Part shown: piece after piece, positions 26,952-40,148 of the stretch
Layout of the letters: every line of letters starts with the position of its first letter
Position numbering within the stretch: position 1 is the first letter of the stretch
Assembly (NCBI GenBank): GCA_001643675.2
Contig: LSRY02000035.1
Span: forward strand, 1 to 64,000
Direction: 5' to 3'
Origin: Monocercomonoides exilis PA203
Taxonomy: Eukaryota; Protista; Preaxostyla
Length of the DNA: 64,000 bases
Translations under genes and position numbers: made by a program
Notes under the pieces: model-generated
Databases searched by the model: none
What the model saw: the letters and a program-made list of their open reading frames with translations, nothing else
Told to the model about the DNA's origin: nothing

Positions 26952-29429
26952 GGAAGAGTGGAAAAAGATTTCATCAGCAGCTGTGGAAGTGGATAGAAGT
27001 GAGTGAATGCATATTATTTGGAAAGATAAAATAATCTTCATCAATACTTTTATTCATTCAACTCAATCTTTCCTCATTAATCTATTAAAATTATAACATA
27101 TTGCAAAACTTCTTTTATAAGCTGCTCTTTCCTCATTTTCAAATTTCACTTCCCTTTTTTCATGAAAATCATCCTTCCTCTGAAACTGTTCTTTTCAACA
27201 GCTGAATGTCAGGTATGCACGAAATAAGCTGCATCTTCACCTTCTTCATTATTAGTTCTTTTCACATTCTCCTTTTTCGTCGCTTCTGTCGAATCTTCTT
27301 CTTTGTCGTGCGATCTCCAATTCTTTTTGTATCCTGAATGCGAAAAAAGAATCATTTTGAAAATCAAAAATAATAATAACAAACCTCTCGAGAATGTTTG
27401 AAATCCATCTTCAGTGTTTTCCCTTCCAAACTTTAAACGTTCATCATTTTGGCGCTTCCCTATCGTATTCAATCGTTTTTCACAAGCAGATTCTTCAATA
27501 ACCCTCTTTTTGGAGGTCTTTTCTTATGCCTGGTTTTCTCAATCAACCACGCTGCTTTATTGATCTCTTTTCCTTTTTTTAAAACTTTGATAATAATCAT
27601 TTCTCTTCTTGCATCTTGGAATCTCTGTCAATTTTTCATTCCCAACGCTGTCTTTGGTTTTTTTACATAATTTCTCCACAAAGTATTTCACTCATAACAT
27701 GTTTGTTCCTCTCTTCCTACTCTTTCTCTCTCTCTCTTCTTCCCCTTCTTCTTCCTCTCATTCATTCGTTCAGGTGTGATGCAACTGAAGGCTCCCTCAA
27801 CCCGTATGCCCTGACACTCACAGTCGGACTGAACTATTGTCGTTCCCAAATGATGAACTTTGATGATTCATCAGTTATTGAAAACTTGTTGACTGAATGG
27901 AAACAATAGAAATCAAATGGTATTTTTCTGGAACTGTGTTTGCAGCATGTGGGAGAAGAGTGATGTAGGCAGTTGGGGTTCAAATGAAGGAAAAAGATAT
28001 GAGGAGTCATTTGGGATGATTGAAGAATGCATGAATGAATCAAACGTGATTGAATGCTGCGAGTGGAGCAGTGTATCCTCCTGTATGATATTCTTTCAGT
28101 GGGAGAAGGATATCAAAGAAGAAGAAGAATGTTGTTATAAACTTAAAGAATGAACAAGATCTGCCAGAATAAACACATTGAAAGCTTGTGGAAGCTCTGG
28201 TTGTGCTTGTGATGTTGCACAAAGAAGATGAACCATCCATTGAGAATATCAGTGGCAAGAGATCTTTTCTGTGGAAGCTGATGATAATAAAGAGGACAAG
28301 TGGTGCAGGAGAGAGGAAGAGGAGAAGGAGATCTGGAGGGTGATGGAGAAGAAATAAATTCAAAAGATAATTGGCGGTGAAGTAGAAGAGGAGGGGGTCT
28401 TTTGTTTGAAATATGAAAGGTTGTTTTCTTTGAATGAAGGGCGCTTGACTGATTCGAACAATGCGGAAATGAAGCAATATGTGGATAGTTGATCTGAGAA
28501 AGAAGAAGATGAAGAAGGCGATGGGGATGAAGAAAATATGCTTTGAGAGGTAGCCAAGGTGCGTGGAGAGGTGGCAGTCAGTTGCATTGCAGGGACAACA
28601 AAGGCAACAGCAAGGGAAAGGAAGATGAATTTTTTAGTTCAGTCTTTTTCATCAGCTCTGACTCCAATGACGACAGAAATGTATTGAAGTGTTCGTGGAA
28701 GAATCAGCTTCTCATTCTCAAAAGAAGAAGATGAATGAAATAAAACGTGAAAAGTTATGGCTCATATCTTTTTGTATCAATTGTTGAAAAATATAAAATG
28801 AGAGTTTGAATTAGTTAATAAAAAAACAAGAAATATGATAAAAACAATGAAAACAATTTGATAAAAATTTGACAAACTTTATCCAGTCAAAAATTGCACC
28901 TTTATCTCTTCTTGATCAGAACATATTGGTTATTGATTGCTCCAGTCCAATCAGACTGGAAAGATAAAGCGTCTCAATGATTTTTCTTCCAAAGTTGTTC
29001 AGTGAGCGATGAGCTGCAGATTGTTAATTAGCACATTCACAAAATGACCGTCGAAATCAATACATAAGTCCCTATCAAGAATATCTGTTCACAGGAAAAT
29101 GAGGAAAATAAAAGCAAATAGTTCAATATTTGAAAAAGAATATGAAATAATAATAAAAATAAATTATTTATTATAAATTGATAATATTTGTTTGTTTAAT
29201 AAAAAGAAAATCAACACAAACATTTATTCCAATCTTCTCCATCACCAACATTGATCCACCTGAAATTCTGTTCTTTTCTCTCGCTGAGTTAAGAATCTTC
29301 TCCGCCTCCTTCACCATCTCAACTTTCCTGACTTATCTCTTCTTCGAGAAATCTGGTAACATTGAATGGAAAAACTCAATTTCCACAATAATTGCTGTAT
29401 TCACTTGCTGTTCTTGCAAGGCTTGCTGC

Positions 29430-29700
29430 TCTGGGTGCATTCAACTTTGCCTCTTCTCCAAACTCCTTCTCATGTGATATGAATTGTGTCTTCTTTTCAA
29501 TCGTTATCCTCTTTGACCGTATGATATTTTTCTTCTCCAGCGTATCTGCCCCATTCGACACAAACAGCTAAGAATCCAACGCAGACCGATTAATCCTGAA
29601 ATGTTTTTATTTCCTCCTCTTCCATATCTGCTCCGTAACTCCCATATAACATTTTTTGCTCCACATGAACTGCTGGTGCGTCTTCACTCCATCCATCTCC
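29430..29700 (-). pseudogene. Possible GIY-YIG endonuclease remnant
   Basis: Translation GVKTHQQFMWSKKCYMGVTEQIWKRRK*KHFRINRSALDS*..IEKKTQFI..KLNAP resembles YxGxT..R..H..SAL..E..I..LN spacing; two in-frame stops. Confidence 0.35.
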
Positions 29701-31385
29701 TTTAAACACTCACGCTTTCTGCTACCGCTTTAAATAGAACTTTCTTCAAACTTCATCTCTCCTCGTCGTGTCAAGAATTATCTTGCTCATCTTCATTTTT
29801 CTTATCAAAGATTTTTTTTTCCAGAATTCGTTTCAGATCCATTCTCTTCTTCAGTTTCAAACTTCATTCTATGTGTATATTCATCTTTCTTGTACTGTCT
29901 GTGGAGCTTTTCCAGTACTTTATATAGTTCTTTTCTTGACTTTTCAATCTTTCACACGGTGCTTTTGTTCTGTGACATTTCATATTTCCGATACACTTTC
30001 TATTAAAGAAAAACATTGATAATTTGATAATAATTTCACAGAATGCATTCAAAGCAGCAAAAAAATTAATTTTTGAGAATTTTGTGAATAATTAATAAAA
30101 ACAAACTTTGTCAAAAATAAAAAACAATTATAAAAGTCACATTGAATAGTCTTTCTGTTTGTTTCATCAAAAATTGTCGATGAGTCAAATAGAAAGACTG
30201 GTTTCCAAACAAATAAGTCAAAAATCTTATATTTGTGAAAAATAACAACGATTTATTCCAAACCTTTTATGCCGTTTTGTCATTATAAGTCAAACGTTCT
30301 CACATGTTTAATATATCGAATAACTGTAAAATAATGAGAAAAATCTTCGAAGACAGTGCATGGGAAACAATTCATTTCACACAACACTTCATCCCAAATA
30401 AAAAATATGTAAAAAAACAAATTATTACCAACTTTTTCCACAAATAGATTTTCAAAAAAAGCATCAGACATGTTTATTATCGTTATTTATTCACATTGAG
30501 CAAAATAGATCATGGTATTCTTAATGGCGCCATTAATAATAATTTGTATTTTTAATGATCAAAAATTTCAAAAATGAATGACAATTTTTTATTTTTGTTT
30601 CATTTAATTTGTGAATATAATTGCTTTATTAATGCAAATAAGTCATCAGAAATTATTTTTGAATTTTTTGTTGTTTGAATAAAGGTGAAAATGTGTTTTT
30701 TTTTTATTTTTTATTGAATTTTCATGTCAAAGGAGAAAATTATCTTTGAAAAATATAAAACTCAAAAATGTTTTGTTAATGAAAGAACATGTTTCTTATT
30801 ATTGTTCTATTCAATATATAACTGTTTTGATATCAATATCTTCATTGTTGAGTAACTACAACGGTTGATGAATATTCAGTGATGAGAAAAACATAAAGAA
30901 AAATTCATTGCTAATAAGATAACAATCTTAAAACAAAATGACACACAAATAACAATAGCACTTCAATGTATTAATCATCTGAAATATAGAAAGCATCATA
31001 TAAGTTTCTTTTTTTGTTGCATCACTCTCAAAGGAATATATTTTAACTATATCATCATTAAAACATTTCCCGACAGTCAATTCAATTTCAATTCATATGA
31101 ACAATAAAAAAATCAATAAAAAGTATATTTCAACACATACATGGTGTCATAGGCAATTCAAAACAAAAAAAATAAAAAAACTTTAGGTACAAAAACAAAC
31201 TTGTCTAATTTCCCTCTGTTTTCCATCCACTCTTCATTTTCTGATAGTTCTCTAACTTTGACTCAAAAGATCAAATCCAAAAAAGAAAAAAGACAGACAC
31301 AATGATTAAACATCACTTCACACTCTCAAGAACTATCCCTTCCAAAAACCTCACCCAAAGATCTTTGAATTCCCTCACAACTCTC

Positions 31386-31673
31386 TCTATTAATGAATCT
31401 CTATAAATACAAATATAAACGGGACAATAACAAAGAAATAAATAGGGACATTATAGGGACAAAAAGCACAAGAAAACAATCGGATTCTAACTGTTGTGCA
31501 CCTGGGAGGCTGTTCGTCGTATCCAGGTCCGGATAAAGCAGCCCGAAGGCTGCAATATCTAATACGAACAGTCATGTCCAGCACCCTTGCGATAGAGTGC
31601 CAGCTAAGCACACACAACAACTAGTTTCTTAATAGGGGACACCAATAGAACAATTTTGAGATTCATTAATAGA
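31386..31673. repeat. 288-bp module bounded by perfect 16-bp inverted repeats, containing four GGGACA motifs
   Basis: TCTATTAATGAATCTC (31386-31401) and GAGATTCATTAATAGA (31658-31673); GGGACA at ~31421, 31445, 31456, 31636. Confidence 0.8.
31487..31624 (-). ncRNA. Unclassified structured RNA candidate (~138 nt, five helices, C(UUCG)G tetraloop) directly 3' of the transposase stop
   Basis: Minus strand folds by eye: P1 CUAGUUGUUGUGU/GCACAACAGUUAG; P2 CUGGCACUCU/AGGGUGCUGG; P3 CUGUUCGU/ACGAACAG; P4 GCAGCC-UUCG-GGCUGC; P5 UAUCCG/UGGAUA. Non-Watson-Crick pairs are G.U on this strand. GC-rich island in AT-rich DNA. Confidence 0.6.
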
Positions 31674-34600
31674 AGAAGAGTCAAGAAGAAGCTCAAATCT
31701 CCTTGAAAGAAGATCTTGAGAAGATTGAGAAAGAAGAGAAGAGTTGGATGATGTGATATCAGAGTGAAATGACTTTCTTGAACGTTGAACCTTTTCTTTC
31801 ATTGTCGAAGATTCGAGTGCAACCAGAGAGCGTTGAGGAAGATATCCAACAGCTGAAGCACAGACAAATGAGCCTTTGCGCTCAAAATATAAGTAGTCCT
31901 TCATGTGTGGGACTGACAATGACTGCCATGAGATATGTTGAGAAGGTACATATTCTTCAAAGTTCCTCTCATGCTCAAAACAATTAACAGATGTTGAAGA
32001 TGGTGAAGAGTTTGATGATGATGTTGAGAAAATGTTTGATTGTGAAGTTGAAGAAGCTGATGTCGAAGTGTTCATATTGTTTTCGAAGAAGTTGATCAAA
32101 TCATGAAGGGTGGTGATGTGTTCAGTCGAAAGATTGTTGTCGATTGCATTCACTAACGTACCAAATTCACTATCACAGATATTTTTTCCATGATGCTCAG
32201 CGAAGAAATTGAGTTGTGTATTTTTCATTTTTTGGAGTTTTGATTGTTTTGAAAGGATGAAGTGAAGAAGGAAGCGATTACGGTTGTGTGGACCTGAATC
32301 GCAGAAGAACTTAAAAGTGTGAGTGTCTGTGAAGAAGTGTCTTTTGATCACAGATTCCAGACACTCAATAACAAATCTGTGATCATTTGAAAGGCAGTCG
32401 GAGAAGAAGTTGAAAGTTCGTTTGACAAGTTGATTGTTTATTTTTTGAAGGGAGATGATTGTGAATTGAGAAACCTGTTGATAATTAAAGAATTCTTGTT
32501 GAAGTTGGTTCTTTCGGATTGGCAGTTTCCATTTTTCTTTAAAGTCGAAGACGAAGACTGCTTCTCCCTCTTTCATATTATCAACAGTTGATTGATAATG
32601 TTTTCGTTGCATTTCTGCAACAAGACGATGTTGTCGAAGTAGTTTGAGTGTATGAAACTCAGCAGAAGAAAGTCCATTTTTGTTTTGAGATGACTAATTT
32701 GTTTTCCAGATAGTTGAGTTTCTCGCACATTCCACAAAGATCTGTTCTCCTTTTTGCTTTGGAGAAGTTGGTTGTGAGTTTGTTGAAATGGGAAAGAGAA
32801 ACTTTGATGTTTGTTTCTTCTGAAAACTCTTTCCATAATTTAGTCTTGGGCTTGAAGGTTAATTTCTTTTCGTTGGGAGAAAAGATGCCCGTTTTCTTTC
32901 TTCTTTCTTTTAGTGCTTCCAATCCATAACTTGTTGAAATCGAAGAAGAGAGTGGAGGAATGGAAGTTGAACGATGAGGAGGTGTGATGAATGAAGATGA
33001 CGTAGTAGTGGTTGTTGTTGAAGTTAGTGTTGTTGTTGACGATGATGATAAGTTATTTGAAGTGTTCAAATTTGATGTTTCTGAAGAAGAAGAAGAACCA
33101 CCAAATTGAATAGTAGATAGTGTTGGTTTTGTTATTTCTTTTGTGTAAAATGAAAGGGAAGGAGTGAAACCTTGTGAGTGAAGATTATTCCATGAAGAAC
33201 TCCATTTGTCACTATCGAATTCAGAAACACTTTCATCATTGCAAATACTCCAAAAACTATTGATTCCACTTTTTCTTTTCACAATTGCGATGTAATGTCC
33301 GTTTTGTTGATCCAGACGTTTGAATAGTATTTGCCCAACAAGATAATAAATGATCGTTTCCTTATTACTCTCTTGAAGGTGTTGAAGACTTTCTGTTGAA
33401 AACACTTTGCAGAAAGTGCGCTGGTTAACGCGATCTGTTTCCATCAGTTATGTTCTTGAAGGAGCAGAACTAGCAGCATCAGTGCATTCATGACAGAGGG
33501 CTAGCACATCTGGAAATGCAGCCATTTCCTCCCATCGAGCAGCACAGCATTTTTCCTTGCATTCATTGCAATAAACACAATTCTTTCCATCCAAAACTTC
33601 AGTTGCAAAGAGAGAAGATAGTCCATTATGAGTCGAGGAAGAATTGATAACGACATTGTGACAAATTTCATTGAAGTGTGATATGATTTTTTGGCATTTT
33701 TGGCATTTGAAATGAGTGAAAAAAACAGGATTGAAGGTGTCCTTATTTATCAACTCATTTTTTTGAAGAAGTCGGTGAAGATTGTCAAATGCCTCTGTAA
33801 CATTTCACTGTTGCCTTTTGCCGTGGTCTCAGAAATCTTCCCATTTGTCAATAAGAGATGGTGTACATGAACGCACTGACGTTCCATCTTTAGCCAATTG
33901 ATGACAAACACTTTCAACACGCGAAGATGTGCTCTTCAAAGTTGTTTGTTTTTTGATTAAAGATGGTTTTTGTATTGCTAAAGAAGAGAAGCCAAATAGC
34001 ATGTGTTGCCAAAGTTTGGCAATCCTTTTGCTATTTGTGATGATTTATTTGTAGAATTGTATGAATTTGAAGAAGATTGAGAATGAGAATGATTTTTTAT
34101 TGAATTTTCTTTTGCATTCTTTTTTGAAATATTTTTTGAAGAATTATTTTGAATAGATATTTCATTTTTTGAAGATTGAATGCTTTGTTGTTGAAGTGTT
34201 GAAGTTTCATTGTTTTTTGAAAATGAAGAAAAGAGGGTTTGAAATGCTTGAGGTGGAATTAATGTGGGTGAAGTGGCATAATCGACTTATTGGTCGCTCA
34301 CAAACACATTATCATTTTGTAATGATGAAATATTTATTTCATCCTTTAATTTTTTTGTTATTGAAATTTGTGAAGAAGAAGTTTTTGATTTGAATATTTT
34401 GTGAATGGGAATTAATGATGGATAAGAGTGTCGTTTGTGATTTGTATTTTTATTTAGATTATTTGTAAAACCCCTTTCTCTCCTAATTGGAGTATTGATT
34501 GGAGCATCAAAAGCTTGAGATGGAGAAGAATTTGTTGAAGAAGAATTTTTTTCTGAAATGGAATTTGAATTTCCATTTTGTTGAGTTGGTGTTGAAGATG

Positions 34601-35340
34601 AAGAAGATTGTTTTTTCTTTGAAGAAGAGTTTTCTGTGATTATTTCTTCTTCCCAAGCTGCTTCATCAATAAATCTTGCATAATCCGGTTCTGCTCGCTG
34701 CTTTTTCTTTGCTGACTGAAGCGAAGTTGAGGCTTCAGTCGAATGGGCTAACATCCAGTTGTTGCTCTTTTCCCAGTCCTGTTCATTTAATCCTTAGAAA
34801 ACAATGAAAATAAATAAAAAAAAATATTTGATAAATACAAACCACTTTTGCAAGACGGAAGGAAAGGTTTCTGAGGCGTAATGATTAATCCTTGGTTTTT
34901 TTTAGCGTTTGCTTCGCGTAAATAAATTTTCCCTCTGTGACATCATATCCGTAGTCCTGTAAATCGGATAATGATGTGATGCGGGAAAGCGCTTGTAGCA
35001 TTGTCGTCTGAGTATGCAACGGAGCGTTGTTGTACACCACAGACAGGTCTACCAGTAGCTTTGTGTGATATTTTGTTTTAAAAAAAAATAAATAATAAAC
35101 AAATAATAAAGAAAAAAAAATCGAGAGAAAAAAATAATATTTTTAACACAATACAAAAAAATAAAAAACCAAACCATTCAAAGACTTCAGTAAATCATCA
35201 ATTACTGAAGATGATTGCCTGTAAGTGTAAAACAAATAGGCAAGCAACGAATCCACGTCATTTCCGCCAATGCGCTTGATTTCTTTCCACAAAACATTGC
35301 ATCGAGAATTTAATGTCGATTCGCGTTTTGAAAACGACAT
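31629..35340 (-). mobile_element. Sola-like DDD transposase gene with internal USP (peptidase C19) domain, copy 1; three exons, several disablements
   Basis: Exon1 35340-35175, exon2 ~35075-34843, exon3 from 34792. USP Cys box KGLPNFGNTCYL (~33990-34030), CxxC pairs, His box NGHYIA..WSICND (33235-33300). Transposase: TDLCGMCE..H, FDFKEK, FFCDSGPH, FFAEHHGKNICDSEFG (ORF 31629-32612). Element ends not located; the Sola assignment is from remembered motifs. Confidence 0.8.
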
Positions 35341-36829
35341 TTTTCTCAAATAAATGTTTTCTTACGGTGAATCACAATAATTCTGAAAAATTAATTTTTG
35401 ATTTTAAAAAATAGGCATTATTATTTTTTCATTATTTGACTATTTCCAAAATTGTTTTAGAAATTTTTTTAACGTGATTGGAATATGGAAATAATTTTTT
35501 TTAAAATTTCTTATCAGAAAAAAATTTGAAAAAATTCAGAATTCTTAAATTGAAGGTTTATTGAAAATTTGTCGCATAAATGTATATGTTTTTTGAAAAA
35601 TATTATTCTCATATAAAAATATTAAAAAATTGCATTTAATATCATTCTTCAATGAAAAAACAATCAGATCCATAATTCGAATTTCCAAGGGGTCAAAAAG
35701 ATCAAAAAAATAAGCGTTAAAGGGCGAAAATTGCAGGTAGAAGAATACAGTTTTTTGGCTATAGATGAAGTTAAAATGGTGAAGACAATCATTTTATGCA
35801 AAAAAAACACCCCTGAGGATTCTGTCATTTTGTGATCGCCATTGTTTGGACAAAGAAAAAGAGCTGATCCTCTTCAAATACAACGTTTTAAAAATCAAAA
35901 AATACATTTTACTAATTCTTTTCACGTATATAACAATTAGACAAACAATTAAAATTTTTCTGATAATTGTTTTTTTTTTCAATAAATACTCAAAATTTCA
36001 AAAAGATATGGTTCTGATTGAAGCTGGAGTTTTGTTTCTTTCATTTTTTTAAAACCACTCACTTTTCCAACTTTTTACCAGTTTGCTAATACTTTTTATA
36101 ATTTAATGTTTGTACTAATGCTATTATTTCTCAAATATATTTTTAATTTACGGCTTTATTTAAAAAATATGTCAAAATACATTCAAAATCTTTATATTTC
36201 ATGTTTGTTTGTTCAATAGTATCTAATAGTTATACTGTTGGCCTGCATTTATCTTGTGTTACAACTTCAATTTGATAAGATTTTTTTTATTGGGGAATTC
36301 TTAAGATTCTGCTTTCAACCGAACCTATTTTCTGGCGCTGATTGAGTTCACTCTGTTGCTCGTGCGCCAACAAGAAGAATGAAGTATCATTCATTCATTC
36401 ATCTTCTTGGCGAGTTGCAGCTATTATTGAAGAAGTGACATATTTTTTATGTGAAAGTGCTTTCACAGCGCTAAGTTACAAACGCAATGAGACGAGGAAT
36501 TCAATTGTTTGTTGGCGGAAGACAGCTGCGAAAGAGCAAGAAAAGCAAAAGAATGCTCATGTTTTATGCAGGACAAGGGAGATTTGTTTTGCAGAAACAG
36601 AACTGCAGAGAAAGGAAACGAACGAGAACAAAAGATGGAGGTAAGATAAAGGAATGAGAACCAAGAGAGGTAGAATGGAAAATTAGAAAGGTTATTTTGT
36701 TCAATCTATTTAATTCAATCTTCTTTTTTTTTTTCAATTTTGAACTTAATAATTATAATTTCAAGATCCTTGCATGATTTTTTATTATTTTTTCTCTGAT
36801 TCAGATACAGATAACATTAAAACATGGCT

Positions 36830-39520
36830 TATTTTGATGAAGCAGACGCGTCTGTTGAATATGCTAGTCTCAGCATTGCGAGCAGAAAACAGATGGTGCG
36901 GCGTTGGTGTGCGTCCATTTGGTTGGTGATGGGCTGTAGCACGGAGTTCCGAGAGTTTACAGTCGAAGTACAAAATGCAGGAGTTGATTGGGCTGTTTGA
37001 GCAGAAGATGCAGGAGCAGCGGCAGAACCTGACGCGGATGCGGGAGTTTGATAAGCTACGAAAGACAGTGCGGACAACTGGGGCAGCAGAAGCGGTGTCG
37101 CCGACGCTGCTACTGTTGAAGCCACGAGAGGAGATCTTAAAGGAATCGGAGCTTTCGTGCGTGACTACTGTGCAGAAGAAGATAATCGTCTGGGAAGATA
37201 ACAAAGTGTTAGTAAAGCTGATTGAGTGCAAGAAGTGTGAGCCTTGTGAAGTTGTGTTAAAGATACGGGAGACATGACGGGAGCTGAACTGAAAGATGGG
37301 AGATAAGAATGTGAAGAGGATGGAGGTGGAGATGAGCAAGAAGATGCTTGCGAGTCAGCAGATGGAAGAGAGAAAGTGGAAGAGAGAGAAGAAAAAGAAG
37401 CTGAAATGAAGAATGTGGAAAGGAGATATTGGGATTTTCCGAAAGAAAATGAGAAGATATCAGAGACGGAAGGAAGAGTAAAGAATGAGAGAGATGGTGA
37501 CATGTGGAGTTTGGAGATCATTTCTGCGTGAAGGCAGTGGGAAGGAGGTTATTGCCTGCAACAGCGAGAAGTTAAATAGAAAAGACATCTCGGTATTCAA
37601 AGAGTGACAGTGTTGTTATAAGTTTTTCAGCAGAAGATGGAGGAGCTGATTGAACAAAGTGATTCCGCTCAGCTGGACACTCGACTCGGAGCTTGGACTT
37701 CGATATGAGGAAGATCATTAGGCTTTGTCTTCTCCATTCGTTTCCTATGTTTTCTATTGGATTTCTATCTTTTTTTCTGAGTGTCTTCACCATCATCAGC
37801 AGCAGCAGCTTCAGAAGTGCCTTCTCCTCCTATTAACTCGCAGATGTTGTCGGCTCTTTGGACAAGAGGTGCAATTCAGAACGGAGGAGGTGTTCAAACG
37901 GCGTGAAGTTTACTGTGGCAAATGAGTTTACAATCGTTTTGAAGCCAGTTTCCTCATTCTACGAGGAAGACACACTGCGTTGCATGGAAGACTATCTGAC
38001 AGATGCTGTGGTGAAGATTGTTGAAGAACAGAATGTGACGTGTTTAAATACAGAAAGCTAGGTCTATTCAGAATAACAGCTGATTTTGAGGAGAATGGAA
38101 TTGACAGCATGAAGTTTCAGAATCTGAAGCCAGAGAAGAAGTCGTGGATGAAGAAGCTCGTAAAGAAGATGGTGGCTCAAGAAGACAGAGAGCAGACGAA
38201 GGAGACGCGCGAGCAGAGGCTGGTATGTTGCAAGATGGGATTGGAACAAACAGAGAAGTGGAAGATGCGAAGGATAAAGAGTTGAGGAAGAGCTTCATCA
38301 CAAATTAGAATGAGCAGCTAGACGAGGGGAGCATATCTTGAAGAAGGCTGAATAATTTCTTTACTCTGGAGAAAAGAGGAAATAAATATACGAGTAATCG
38401 ATTGAGTCAATGTATGATAAAAGGAAGAAAAAGAAAAGAAGAGACAAAGGCGAAGGAGGATGGGAATATGGCTTGGCATCAGAGGGATTGGCATAAAAAT
38501 TGGCATCATGGGCGAAACGTGAACAATTTTGAGAGCCACGAAAGTTACACAACAACAGAAGCAGCAAATACAGATGAAACAGATGGATCTTTCTTCTTGT
38601 ACAGTCTCAAAACATATTCAGCTGAAGTTGGTTCAATTTTAGAACGAAAAAGACGAAATTAACAATATCTGATATTATGATCGCTGCTGAAAAAGAAGAA
38701 GAAGAAAGAGGAACAAGGGATGCAAGAGTTGGGATGGGAAAAAGAGGAAGGTGCGTCAGCAGCGTTCGTTATACAGAGGAAGTTTGATGGGAGAAACGGA
38801 GCAGATTCCGAAGAGAATAAGATAAACATTTTCCAATAATAACCACCTGCTGAGAACACTTAGCATTTTTACTGCGATATGTCTTCTCTTTTGCTTACCA
38901 CACAGCCTTCGTCCGATCCTCAGCACGTTATGAATTTGTTCCAGAAACAGCAGCAGCAAGAGCAGGAGCAGACGAAGAAGATTCCGTTTGTGTATATTGA
39001 GCGCTCATTGTTTATTTCATGTGCGGAGTTGGATGTGCACACGAACCTGTTATATGCTCTGAATAAGAACTCGATTTGGAATAGCGGGTCGTGTGCAACG
39101 GATGAGAAATTTGATGCGAATGACCAGCTCTTCCTGTTTACAGGCACCATTGCAAAGATCTCTTGCAAGCACAGCTTTCTGCGCTGCCTGGACAGACACA
39201 ATGGAAGAGATTTTGGAAAGCTTTATGGTGTTGGAATTTTGCGACAACACAGAGCAGATAGTAAAGAATGTGATGGAAGCTGCAGAGATGAATGAAATGA
39301 ATTCCTTTGGAGATTAAGGAGCGATGGAGTGAGTATGTGGAATGAGAATGTTAAAGAAACAATATTGGAGAATTTTGGACGAAGAACAAAGAGGATGGAG
39401 ATAAGTCAATTAGTGATAAGATCTGGAGAAGAGAGAGAAATAGAAGAATTTGTATCAACTGTTGTTCTTGGCAACATTCACTTTTCCACAATTCCATCCA
39501 GTTTCTCTATCACGAGACTG
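36830..39520 (+). pseudogene. Large decayed hypothetical protein gene
   Basis: Continuous coding-like composition spread over shifting frames with stops; no confident domain. Confidence 0.35.
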
Positions 39521-40148
39521 GAATGATGATTTTGTGATGTTAAAGCCAAAAAAATTAAAGGAGATAAACTATTGTCATTTTTTGAAAGTCAAAAATAATT
39601 TTTTTTATTCAAATTTTTATTATCCAATAATGAGTATTGTAAAGTTAGTCTTGAAACTTCTATTTTTTTGTCTTTTTGATGAGTTTTGTTGGTTTAACTT
39701 TATTTATTTTTGGTTAAGTTTTATTTAACTTGATCAAAAATATTCGATTTCACAAAAAAATCAAAATGTGTGCTTTTTTTCAAATTAATGAATAAAACAA
39801 ATATGCATTAAAGAAATAAAGTGCAAAAAACTAACAAATTATCAATTTTTCTATTCGATCTCAAATTACCACAAGAGATTTTATTTTTTCGATTTTTGAT
39901 CTTTTTTAATGAATTCAAAAAAAATCACCCACAATATGAGTCATAATTTTTCATATCGTAACTTTGTTCGAAGAAAGATCTTTTTTTTTGTAATTGTGGT
40001 ATATGTGACTAAATGTTAAAATATGTGTTTATAAATAAATAGAAAAAGAATTGTGAATGAATTTTTGAAAACCAAGTCACTTTGAGAAATTAAAGTACAG
40101 AGTACCTTAATTCTCCAGAACAAACGATCAACTACAACACCTCTTGTT

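Noticed and set aside
31487-31624. Hammerhead ribozyme, SECIS, tRNA or TPP riboswitch identity for the structured RNA
   Set aside because: No CUGANGA/GAAA core, no tandem GA quartet on the 3' side, no cloverleaf with TTC loop, no CUGAGA motif.
35590-35615. Possible TIR (..TTTGAAAAATATTATTCTCATAT) for the USP transposon
   Set aside because: Only weak AT-rich similarity to the MITE end, and no partner end found downstream of the gene.
38879-39295. HECT-like ligase fragment
   Set aside because: Only a vague LFLFTG resemblance; no catalytic C-lobe motif seen.
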